DNA of 64,000 nt, taken from Takakia lepidozioides (lineage: Eukaryota > Plantae > Bryophyta). How positions within the stretch are numbered: the first letter of the stretch is position 1; the number at the start of each line of letters is the position of its first letter. The position numbers and the translations under genes are program-made. Location of the stretch: assembly GCA_030704615.1 (NCBI GenBank), contig CM060731.1, positions 30,256,001-30,320,000 of the forward strand. Direction: 5' to 3'. The notes beneath the pieces were generated by a model that worked only from the letters and a program-made list of their open reading frames with translations, was not told where the DNA came from and searched no databases. Positions 51,250-62,329 of this stretch are shown here, one piece after another.

Positions 51250-54200
51250 TCATCGCATGTTTGAATCGCCCAACTTGGGGCGAGAGAGGGCAAACTTAAA
51301 CCTTTTGTTTGTGGACGGGAGGACTTGCAACGAGAGTACGACAGAATAGGCATTGGGGAGGTTGGTGCAGGCGGCATGGCAGGTGACGGGCGTGAGGACA
51401 TGAGGAAAGCAGATCCGGCAATGGAGGTTGTTCATGCACATACAGTAGGGGCCGCCCACGCAAAGAAAAAGAAGAAAGCTAAGCACATGCAATCCCCGGC
51501 GAGAGAGCCGTCACGGGCTGCGGAGGGGGGAGTGAGCAGTGCGCGCGAGGGTGTCAGTTCGCCTCAATCAAAGGTGGTCGTCCTGGAGGGCTCCCCTGCT
51601 GCTAGCCCTAGTAAGAAATAGAAAAGCCCGTGAGAGGGCAAAAGAGAGGGCAAAAGAACAGACGAGACAGAATGCTAGCCAGGAGGAAAGAGAAAAGGCA
51701 GCTGAAGAGGCCAGGGGTGCCCAAATGACAGATGCCAATGTAAGCGAGGGACGCACAGAGACGGTGGATCCCTCCAAGACACCACAGAGAGGCAGAGTAA
51801 CACACCGGTTAGACCATCGCGGGCAAGAGCAGCCCCTGCAATTACCCATACGGTGGAGAGTGGAGGAGAGGAAAGAACACAAGAAAGAGCACGGATTGTG
51901 CAAGTTCGAGGTGAAGCCAGGGAGAGGGCAAGGGAGTAGTAGAGACGGGGAGAGTGCTGGAGGTGGTTTCGCAGGTGGCTGACCCTGTTGAGGAGGACGA
52001 CAGGGAGCTTTCTGACCAGGATGACATCCTCCCGGACATCCCCAGGCCCCCAAACCCGGAGCATACAGGCTGGATTTGGCAGTCCTGGTGGGACTGCCGG
52101 GAAAACCCTCTGCAGCAGACGTCATGTCTGAGGCGGATATGAAGTTGGCCGCTGCCAAGATGTTGGAGGCAACCCACAGCAACATTGGCAGGGTGCTGGG
52201 GGGCATGGTGTACCCGGCCAAGCTTTGAATTCCCCTTTGCCGCTTGGTGTCATTGCAGGTGGTGAGACCTGCCCTCCAGGCGATATCGACAAGCTGAAAT
52301 TCTCTTTCCGGGATGGATATCGAATGGGGTCTGCCGCGTTTACGTTTCCATTGAGAACGACCACGGAGCTTCCCGTGCCCACACTTCTGATGAGGTGGAC
52401 AAATGGGGTCCCCATTGACAAACGCGAAATGAGGAGTTCGAGAGATCGATTGCTAGTGATCCTCTTTTCCAGCACTTGTCTGGTACCGATAAGAGGTCTA
52501 AGTGTGGGACGGCAATCATCGCCTCCTGGCATGGATGGAGCACATTGCCCAAGCCCATCCCAACGACCTCGATTGGCATTTCGCCGTGGATTGTGTTGTG
52601 CTGAAAGGTTGAGGGCCCAAAGATCGCAGTCTTCTCAAAGCTGCAATGGCCGACATCAACTCGTAAGCTACAACCCTCTCGCTTTTGGACTTTGAATTTG
52701 GAAGTCATTTCATTGCGAATCCTCATATATGATGGAAATTCCCATTTCAGTATTGTTTGATGGAAATGTGGCACTGCAGGGTGACTGAGAATGCCTTCAT
52801 TGCCACCAACTTGTCTCATATGCTCTTCCGAGTGAAGGATGTCGGGAAGCAGGGGGTGCAAGAGTTTGCCAATTCCCTCAGTGCCGACCTCATGCGCAAG
52901 TCGGAGGCAAAGGCAGACAGAACCTGGTATAGGCTGAGCGTCGACGCCATGGTGGACTACATATTTCGGGTAAAGCTCCTGATAGTTTTGTTGAGCTAAT
53001 CTGTCTCTCCTCCCCCAATAGAAGAAAAGGTCTTCGCCATGATTTCTAATCTCCTCCCCCAATAGAAGAAATTGTGTTGAGCAGGATCTCTAATCTTATG
53101 TGCGCATTCTTGACAAACGAAAATACAGCAGGATTTGGCACATGCGCGGAGGTTCTACATGGAGTCAGAGGAGTCGAATCCAACCCTCTCGGAACTCGAA
53201 TCGTATGTCAAAGCTGCGGAGGTGAGGGCCCGCATAAAGTACAAGTCGCGGATGGTAAAGTACGTGGCCATAGCTGATCCCGCCCTTGGTGCCGACTTTC
53301 TGGTGGAGGTGGGGAAGCACTACTCTCGCGCTCTGAAGCCCACGATGATATTGGAGAAGCTCCATCGTCTAGCCACATCCTGTGTGGATGCAACAGAAAA
53401 GGTGATACATTCTTAACCAAATTGTGGTGGCAATAACTCCTTTTTGTGGTGTTTGGCGCTTACGAATATGCTGGGTGGTTGGACAGACCCGGTGGCTCCA
53501 AATCTGGAATGGTTCCCAAAGTACCAGGGACATGTGGAGCTTCCCCAAACCGGACAAACTCTCTGACCCCACATTCGACATGTGGATGAACCGCATGACA
53601 TGGTGGTTTCAGGTACTTCCCACGCTTCGTTTGGGGCTTCTACTCTAGTAGGGGGTGGATTCATTGTATTTTTTGAGGAAAGCGATCTGATGGAGAATCT
53701 CCACAGGTGACGACGAATGCGCAAGAGCAGCTGGACACACAAGCACATCAGTTCAAGATGGAGATATCTCCTGCAGCAGAGAGCCTACGTGACTATGTGA
53801 CGAGGTACTTTCTGCTCTACAAAACCAACCTATTCTTTCGGGAGATAGCAGATGCTCGCCGGAGCCACGAGTTCACCGACCAGCCGAACGCGGACAAAGC
53901 AGCAATGCGCCTTCTGTATAGGTACATACGCGCTGTCTTTCTTTCAAGTCCTTGCATTTCAGGATGTTAGAGGCCTCATGTGGTGTTAGGGAAAATGGCG
54001 CGGAATTTCCAGTCAGGGCTCCGAAAATGGGTCCCTAGAGCTCCCTAGACTGGCTGGCCCTGGAACTGGAAATTCGGCGCCATTTTCCAGTTCCAGGCCC
54101 TATTGCCGTTCAGGGACTTGGCCATTTTCGGGCTAAGTCCCTAGACTGGCTGGCCCTGAACTGGAAATTCGGCGCCATTTTCCAGTTCCAGGCCCTATTG

Positions 54201-57153
54201 CTGTTCAGGGACTTGGCCATTTTCGGGCTAAGTCCCTAGGGTGGCTGGCCCTGAACTGGAAATTCGGCGCCATTTTCCAGTTCCAGGCCCTATTGCCGTT
54301 CAGGGACTTGGCCATTTTCGGGCTAAGTCCCTAGGGTGGCTGGCCCTGAACTGGAAATTCGGCGCCATTTTCCAGTTCCAGGCCCTATTGCCGTTCAGGG
54401 ACTTTGCCATTTTCGGGCTAAGTCCCTAGGGTGGCTGGCCCTGAACTGGAAATTCGGCGCCATTTTCCAGTTCTAGGCCCTATTGCCGTTCAGGGACTTT
54501 GCCATTTTCGGGCTAAGTCCCTAGGGTGGCTGGCCCTGAACTGGAAATTCGGCGCCATTTTCCAGTTCTAGGCCCTATTGCGGTTCTGGGACTTAGCCAT
54601 CTTCGGGCCAAACCGGGAAAAATGGCGCCGAATTTCCAGTTCAGGGCTCCCAAGATGGCTAAGTCCCTAGGGTGGCAATCACCGAAAACCGAAATTCGGC
54701 GCCATTTTTCCATTTCTAGGCCCACTCACATCCGCCCCAACCTGGGAAAATGGTGCGGAATATGCATTTCAGGGACCTCATTGTGTTTTTCATGAATGCA
54801 GGTACTGCAAGTTCTCCCTTTTGGAGAAAGGTCATCTGTCTTTCGAGCCACCTTTCTTCCTGGCATGGAGGAACCCTGGGGCTGACTCCATGTACACTGA
54901 CGATATTGTGAAGGAGTGGCATCTGGAACATTTGCGTGATTGCCCTTGGTATGTGGACCTTCCGCCCGGCTCGCTCGACCCATCCGAGTTTCAATTGAAG
55001 CTGGATGCTAAATTCCGACGAAACCGGGCTCCGCTGCCTCCGTTGGGTGCAAAAGAGGCAAAAGCGCTTGCGAACTCCAGGAAAGCGGCAGAGCTTGCTC
55101 AGGCAGGAATTCAGGAGAAATTGCATGAGAAGAGTAAAGGCCAAAGGAAAAGGACAAGGAAACAGGTGAGTGCAGTAACACCCAAAAAGAAGAAAACCAT
55201 CGGGGCATCGGAGGAGGCGCAGGAGGGGACCCAAGAGAGTGACTCGGACGACGACTTTGTTCAAGGTCATGCGACTGCTGTTGCTCCTACCCAGTCACCG
55301 GTTGTCCGGGTTCCCAAGTCAGTTCGGAGTGGGACTGGCTCTGCCAAGAAGTTGGCATTTGAGGGCGAGCCTACACGGCGGTATTCGGCGGTGACGTTTA
55401 CGCACAGGCCAAAGCTAGAACCTCCAACCATCATCCAATGCGTCAATGAGAGCTTCTTTGACGCTCTCGCTGCCAGGGCGAAGAAGGTGACACACAACAA
55501 GTCTCTGGCGAAGCAGAAGGGGAAAGCCAAGAAGAGGGCTGGCGGTACAGAGCCTAAAGACACCCCTGGTTTTGAAGCCATGATGGAATTCTTCACGGCT
55601 GTGAGCACGAATTGCAAGAGCACTCGGGGGGGGGGGGTTGAGGTGGAGAGAGCTTGCGACATGATTCTCCTGGACATTCCAGATGGGGAGCTGCTGGAGG
55701 GCCTGGATGGTGTGCCCACCTGGAACAGGTTTACTGAGGACTACTGGAAAGCCGGGTTTGGGCTGGCGGGGATGCTTCTGGATGACGGTGGATGTGTGGT
55801 TGTCCTTGCCACGAGAGGGAAGACCACAGAGAATGCGGTGGCAAGGTGGACACCGAAAAGTGTCACCCCGGTCCTCCTCAGAAAATGGTTCTGCATCAGT
55901 ACGCAGGGGTTGCGAACAGAGGGCCAAAGTGTAAGTTATCAATCTATTGCATTCACTTCATATTGTGGTGTATGTTAAGTAGACCCTGGAGTTGATCCTT
56001 CTTTGTTGGATGTGCAGACATTGGTGTTTGAGGCATATTGCTTTGTGAAGAGAGGGTCTACGTTCAAATTCCGCAACGACGGTCGTCTTGTTGATGCCGC
56101 TGTGGACCCTGTAACCTACGATGTCCTCTACAACTATGTGCCCCACTCTAGTATGCCGAAGGACACAAAGACAGGCAAACCGTGGCGGTACAGCCGGACC
56201 CGGAGCCCTGCTTTCATCCAAACCCTCATGGAGACGTGCTCGGATGTCCAAGGGCGGATTCTGGACTTCACATGCGGCACGGGTAAGCCTTCACGTGCTA
56301 AGTTTGTCCCCTGGCCCGATTGCAATTGCATGCCGCAAGCTATTAACCGCCCGCTTTGTTCCTCAGGTGCTTCAATGTGGGCAGGGACGTTGTCCGACAG
56401 GCATGTGTTCGCCTTCGAGCCAGATACTGCCCTCCACAACTCCGAACTTGCAGCGGCTGAACGTCTGCCGAAAGAGGAATAGGCATCCTCGGAGGATGAG
56501 GAAAAATCCGAGAAGGAGCAGGGGGAGGAAGTTGGGATCGAGGCCGAGGAGCCCCCGGTTTACGAGTGAGTGGTGGCATTGTAAGTTGCCTCCAGATTTC
56601 GTGAGGCACCTCCCTCCGCTCTCTTATTTCATTGAAAACCCTTTGTGGTTGTGCTGGTATTGACATTCTTGAAGTGGATTTGTTCTTACTGTAGGATGCC
56701 AAGTACTACCAGAGGGACGTCTACACCGGAGTTCATGGGCAGGAGGAACGTGTTTTTTTTTGCCAGGGGGGATTTCATGCCTAGTCCAGAAAGGGAGTAC
56801 ATCCTTCCTACTTATGCTGCCCGGCTTGCTTCGGTGTCCATTAGGAGGTGTTCTGAACGTAGTCGTGTACATCAGATTTTAGACGAGGCAAGCCTCAAGA
56901 AAATGAAGATGAGGGAGGAGGCAGCAGCTATTAGAGCCGTCGGGCTCGTAGATTTGTCTTGGATTCTGCTGAGGAAAGTGGGGGAGAAGACGCAGAAGAT
57001 TCCCAGGAGGTGAGGTGGACAGTCCCCCAAGGAGAGGACGGGATTTTTGAGAGGCATAGTGGAACTGATGCATCACAGAGCTCGGAGGACGAGGGGGATG
57101 AGGGGGATGAGGAAGAAGGTGGGGCAAGTTCCTCGGAGGGTGTAGGAGAGTAG
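51250..57153 (+). pseudogene. Multi-exon gene encoding a ParB/Srx-like domain and a beta-class N4C/N6A DNA methyltransferase-like domain, with low-complexity charged termini; stops and frameshifts present
   Basis: IPLCRL...GY...YVS...W...WDGNHRLLAW (52505-52534). DMILLDIPDG (about 55658-55687). After splicing GT-AG introns 55931-56017 and 56283-56366: LRKWF...TLVFEAYCFVK...RSPAFIQTLMETCSDVQGRILDFTCGTGASMWAGTLSDRHVFAFEPD. Gene start and end are approximate. Confidence 0.78.
53990..54720. repeat. Tandem array of about 93-bp units inside a predicted intron of the ParB-MTase gene
   Basis: About six units of GGCTGGCCCTGAACTGGAAATTCGGCGCCATTTTCCAGTT...GGGCTAAGTCCCTAG between a GT donor (about 53922) and an AG acceptor (about 54800). 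Confidence 0.9.
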
Positions 57154-58625
57154 TGCCCATTCCGGCTATGACAGTTAGAACACACTTGTATAGACGTGGC
57201 TTGCCACAAAATTTGCAATAAAATGTTGCATTTCAAGTCCACTGGTGCCACATTCCAACCTCACTTGACCCTATTTCCGTGCCTCCTAACCCTATTTCCG
57301 TGGACTCACAATGGTCTGCTCATGCTTTTTTTTTTTCCGCTCATGCTCATGCCGCTCATGAAATAGTAGCCCCCAGCTTATAGAAGGGTGTAACGGGCAA
57401 TCACAACGAAGAATGTATGGAGTAGCATGTATCATGCAGAAAGGAGATGTATGAAGAAGCACTCATTCAATAACTGACAGTCTTCCTTCGATCGAGAGCT
57501 GCAAGCCAAACAAGGATTGAAAGCAGACAAGCCATTTTTTGGGGGGGTAAAAGCATGTCATGAAAGAAGGGGAGGGGGAAGGATCACTCCCCTGCGATAA
57601 TTAGCCGCCATAGATGGAGCCGCCCAAATGCTTCGGGAGTAATACTGCCTGCGTTGTGTTCATGAACGCAACAGACTTTCATTCTACATTACGGGGGCAT
57701 ATTGCCAACCTGAGCTGGAGGAGTGCAAAGGAGCTTAATATCGCCCACTAAACAGTCAGGGGATGGCTATTTCTGTCGGGGGAGAATCTGCTCTTAATGT
57801 GATCGCGGGGAATCGCGCCACCAGCTCGGGAAAGAGAAAGAAACGAGAAAGGGAGTTCGTGGATGATAGAGGGAAGGCAGTGAGAGCCTCAAGGAAAGAG
57901 AAGAGGGAAGAGAAGAAGAAAGGGGGGGTGACGAGGAAGAGTTCTGTTAGTTCAACAGAGAATTGAGGGATTATGGCAAAGCCATAGTGCCAACTTCACA
58001 GACTGCATGAGGTACTGAATACTGAGCTTAGTTTCAGTACATTGTCGAGCTATTGATGGGACTTGTGTTGGATGCGCTGAGGCGAGCTTGAAAAAAACTA
58101 AGTCCTCAAGCTCTCTCACCGCAAACTACGGAGCCCCTTTACATCACGCATGAATTTTCTAAACCCCGTTGCTAATTATCTTTTTTTTTTAGAAAGGGGA
58201 GGAAGCCCTTGAGAGCTTTATTATTATCATTATTTCAAGGGAAAAAAATTAAAACCCTTACAATGCCCGTAGGCCACCATGATCTTAATTCAATTGTTGA
58301 CATTCATGAATAAAAGTTACTTTCCATCTAGTTGGCCCCATAAAGTGTGATGTTTGATATATATATATATATATATATATAATAATGGTTAGTTGTTATA
58401 CATGTATAAATGTTATGTTTTCTATACTCTTCATGCAAGGGCCGACTCCAGTACCCAACTGGCCCAGGGTAGCATGCGGCCTTGAAGGTTTTAATTGTTT
58501 TCCCTCCAATAATCCCAAATAGACTGGCAAAGAGTCCATCACTCGCCTTTTTTTTTTTTTTTTTGGTTTCCAAGGCTTCTTTCACTATTGAAAGTGTCAA
58601 TATCTATGCCCGAGATCTGTTTTAA

Positions 58626-59458
58626 CGCTCAAGGTCCCAAGCCCTTTTTTTTACTTTTATCCAATTTTGGATACCCAGCTGTAGTAAATTGCCCCTAGAA
58701 ACCTACCACGATTCATCCAAAGATTCCAGCCTTATAGCAACGGGCCCAACTCATTTATTCAAGACATACCAAAAAATGAGCAAGTCCACCGCGGAAATTG
58801 TGAGATTATAACGGTGGCCCAGACCTCAAATATCAGGTCCCAAAGAAAAAGTGAGAAAGAAATTGGTTTGACCAAATCAAAACCTAGCTTTATCCAATTT
58901 TGCTTGCCCCAAGACCCACCATTTTCAAATCAATAGTGGAGTGGCTATGACCCCACTAAATTGCAGGTCCAATTGATTTTTTCACCTATGGTTGCTTTGC
59001 ATGCAATTACATAGGGGTTGAAATCTCAAAATTAAGAGAAAATGTGCCTCCAAATGAAGTACTTTTTTTTCTACAATGTTTTTAAAAGCCAACGGTGGAT
59101 GTGTGTATGTAATGCTCACACACCACATGGTGAAGTACTTTTCCTAAAATTGCTAATTTTCTGCCAAAAATGGCCTTTGGAGTGCAATCTGTTTTGGGCT
59201 TGTTTACTTGCCATGTCAGCGGTCAACAAGCCCTTTTCAGGCCCAAAAACGTAAATGAGAGATCTAAGATATTTTTTGTAGGTCGTAGCTTTTGGTTTTT
59301 TTTCAATTTTGTTTTTTGCATTTTGTTTTTTGCATCATACTCGAGACAACCTTGTCATTAAAGCTTCAGGAGTGGGGCCCATTAGATTAGATCTGCAAAA
59401 ATTAGGTCGAACTGCAAATTCTAAGTGACCCAATTCAGGTCGCTTGGGAACTCAAGGG
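58626..59458. mobile_element. Putative non-autonomous TTAA-flanked (piggyBac-like) element
   Basis: TTAA|CGCTCAAGGTCCCAAGC ... GCTTGGGAACTCAAGGG|TTAA; 13/17 TIR match; no ORF. Confidence 0.45.
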
Positions 59459-59849
59459 TTAAAGAAATTAATCAAATATTTATTTATTTATTCTTAAATT
59501 TTGCTTTCTGGGAATGGGAATCAGACGAGTCATGGAAAAGTAGCATGACAGAAGGCCCCAACATCTTTGATTATTTATTTTATATATAAAATACGTTTTG
59601 TTTTTTGATTACTAAAGTTTTGAGGGCCACCGTCCGGGCCTCTTCTCTTAAAACAAGCGGCTAGTCGCGTAAGGACTCCACCCTAAAAGTCCAAGTAAAA
59701 CATTTCCTGAAAATATTATATTGGAATGAGGTAAGCACATATTCAAACTATATTTTTAACATGTTCTGCATAAGAAGAAAAAATATTTATTTATAAAGGC
59801 GGGGACAGAGGTTCTGTCACTGGCAGAACTTTATTGATGTATGATATTA

Positions 59850-60127
59850 CAAAACTGATCTTCAAATTTACTAATTATTAAAATATTGAGATGCTTGTAT
59901 ATTAACTGAAATACTGAAATAATTGTTGAAGAACTATCTGAAATAATAAAATACTTGCTGAAAATTTCGCTAAAAATCTGGCTAAAAATCTCACTGAAAT
60001 CTAGCTGAATTGCTGAATTACTGAGCTGAAATCTGACTGATATTACTTGCTGAAAATCTTGATTGAGATAATGAAATACTAAAATTTTGATGCACTGAAA
60101 TATTGAAGGCATTTGAATCTACTGAAA
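59850..60127. repeat. Degenerate AT-rich (CTGAAAT/CTAAAAAT) short-unit repeat
   Basis: Directly visible. Confidence 0.6.
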
Positions 60128-61954
60128 CGCTTCTTTTGGTCTGAAGTGTGGCCAAGCCTCATAAGATCAAAGGTACTGCCTTCTTTGGAGGGGTGAGCTT
60201 TCATGAACTGGAATTTGATGGTAAATGAGACAAAGTCCACAGAAGGTCCATTTAACTTGAGTACATATTTCAAGCACCACCATGTTGATACTCTACAAGT
60301 CAGGCATCCAAGCCTTAAATGCCAGACAACTATTGTTTCCGATGCAAAGACTAGGTAGTGACTTTTGTGACGTACCAACAGATATCATAAGGAACCAACT
60401 TGATATATATACAGACATACCCTAAATGAGATCAGAAGAAAATGTCAGTAGTTGATAATGAGTAGCCCAGAAACTGACAGGAAAGGGAAGGCCTACGAGC
60501 ATGATACTGTCCCCCCTTCCAACTAGTTGGTTGTTGAATATTCAGCCCAAGCTTAAGCACTCTCTGTAAACAGTGGCAAAGACATACCATCAATGCAGAC
60601 ATACCTTTTCTAGATGACGCTCGAGCTGCATGCGAACATTTCCAGGGGCTTCCTGAAACATTACAAACCAAAAACCCCGAACACAACAAGCAAAGAGATA
60701 CCAACCCTATCAAGGCCACTGAGCAAAGAAACACAAGTTGCACTAAGAGGCTACTTAGGTGAAGGAAAAGAGGCAAAAGCACCTGACAACAAGACAGATT
60801 TGTGGTTTCATATCTTAGGCCTATGGGCAAAAGGCTGCTGCAAGTGAATGTCCCTGAGGAAGTTGTCAAAGAGTAATCTCTCCTTCTGAGAGGATGCATC
60901 TTTGTCTTTTATATGGTGGTGAAACTAGTGGCAGCCAATGTTGAAGAGAAGCCACCAGACAAAGCAGAATCCACCGTAGACAAGGGGTACTACACTTGAC
61001 ATCTATCCAACCCACATCTCGAATATAACCAATATGTTGTTTAAAATCTAGGGAGAACTAACATGAACCGCCTCAATCCATTTTACATTTTTTTTTTATG
61101 GAAACAAAGACTACAAAGGGCTGAAACAAGCAAGGTGTGGGGGTCAGGAGGTACCAGGCATGTGGGGGGAGAGAGAGAATGGTCTTCCCTCCTCCACATG
61201 CCTCGATGCTGCTGGTAATCCTGCTGCCAACGAAGGCCCAGTCGGATATTTACCTTAATCAATCCCACCACTGACATTGTATTGCTCATGTACCCTCACT
61301 CGACTTTCTGCCCACCATTGCTCAGCCTCCGGCTCACTAAAACGCTTTCGACTGCATGGGCCAATAAATAATTATTCCAACAGAGCAAATACCTACTTTA
61401 TCACCTTCAAACAAACATGTATTACTTCTCTGTTCACCTTCAATCAAGCTGCAGACTTCCATACATGACAGATAGGTCCCACTGCACAGTGAGTAGTTTG
61501 GCTGCACAACTTCCCATCTGGATCCCATGCTAGGCAATGTCATATGGAAACTAAGGTGGTTCATGTACTGAAACCTACTCCGACTTTGGGGTGAAAGTGT
61601 GTATATCCACTCAACCTACATGACAAACATGTCTGTAGAACCTGCATGGACAAGTCCGAATCTTTGTGGGGCTCAACAAGAGGAAGCCTCCATATACATA
61701 CCATCCACTTCCTATCTCTTCCTTGGTTGGACTACCAAACTCACAAACTCCAATTTTAAGATGTTCATCCCAGAATACATGCCCCATGAGATTTTGAGAG
61801 ACTGAAAGACGTCGCCGTGATTTTCAAAAGGTTGTAGCAACGTACACTTGGACTAAAAAAAAACAAATCTTGGAAACGATCTTAGAAACTCTGAAATATC
61901 AAAGGGAAGAGAGGTCCAACGCCTGTTTGGTTACAGTTACTTGAATCGCACCCG

Positions 61955-62160
61955 CATCGCACCCGCTTGAGGTCCTTGCCTCCCCCTGGCAATGCAGTGA
62001 GGGTGATATACACCCCAGGTTCGTCTTGTTCGACCAAGTCCATTGTAGGCTCCCTCCCATTGCCCTCATTTTGCAATCTCCTCCTTGCGAGGATGAATCG
62101 CACCAGTTCCTCCACGCCCACATTCCTCGGGGCAGGCAAGTCTTTTGCGAACAAGAGATC
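61955..62160 (-). pseudogene. BRX (Brevis radix) domain fragment or isolated exon
   Basis: LVEQDEPGVYITLTALPGGGKDLKRVR matches the first half of the BRX domain; the other half was not found. Confidence 0.7.
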
Positions 62161-62329
62161 AACCGGCTTTCAAGGATCTCCAGCCATTTACCGGTGGCTG
62201 TTACCGATTAAAAATATATTTCATAACCAAAGAAAAAACAAATTTATATTTGATGCTCATTAATAGGAATAACAATGTCTTTCACTCTCGGTTAGTCGGA
62301 ATGAGAGGAAGCGTCTAACATCAACTTAA

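Larger units (their letters stand above)
44451..57374 (-). mobile_element. MULE-2: Mutator-like DNA transposon of about 12.9 kb carrying a transposase and a ParB-methyltransferase gene
   Basis: Perfect 9-bp TSD AGCTTATAG (44442-44450 and 57375-57383); termini GAGGTTTGCTATTTCATGAGC ... GCTCATGAAATAGTAGCCCCC. Confidence 0.92.

Noticed and set aside
51250-57153. Bacterial contamination or prophage as the source of the ParB-MTase
   Set aside because: The gene has GT-AG introns that restore the reading frame, one within the SAM-binding motif, and it sits inside a TSD-flanked plant transposon.
737-57374. Single giant 56-kb transposon defined by the outer TIRs
   Set aside because: The outer flanks share no TSD. 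MULE-2 has its own perfect TSD, and LINE sequence continues on both sides of MULE-1.
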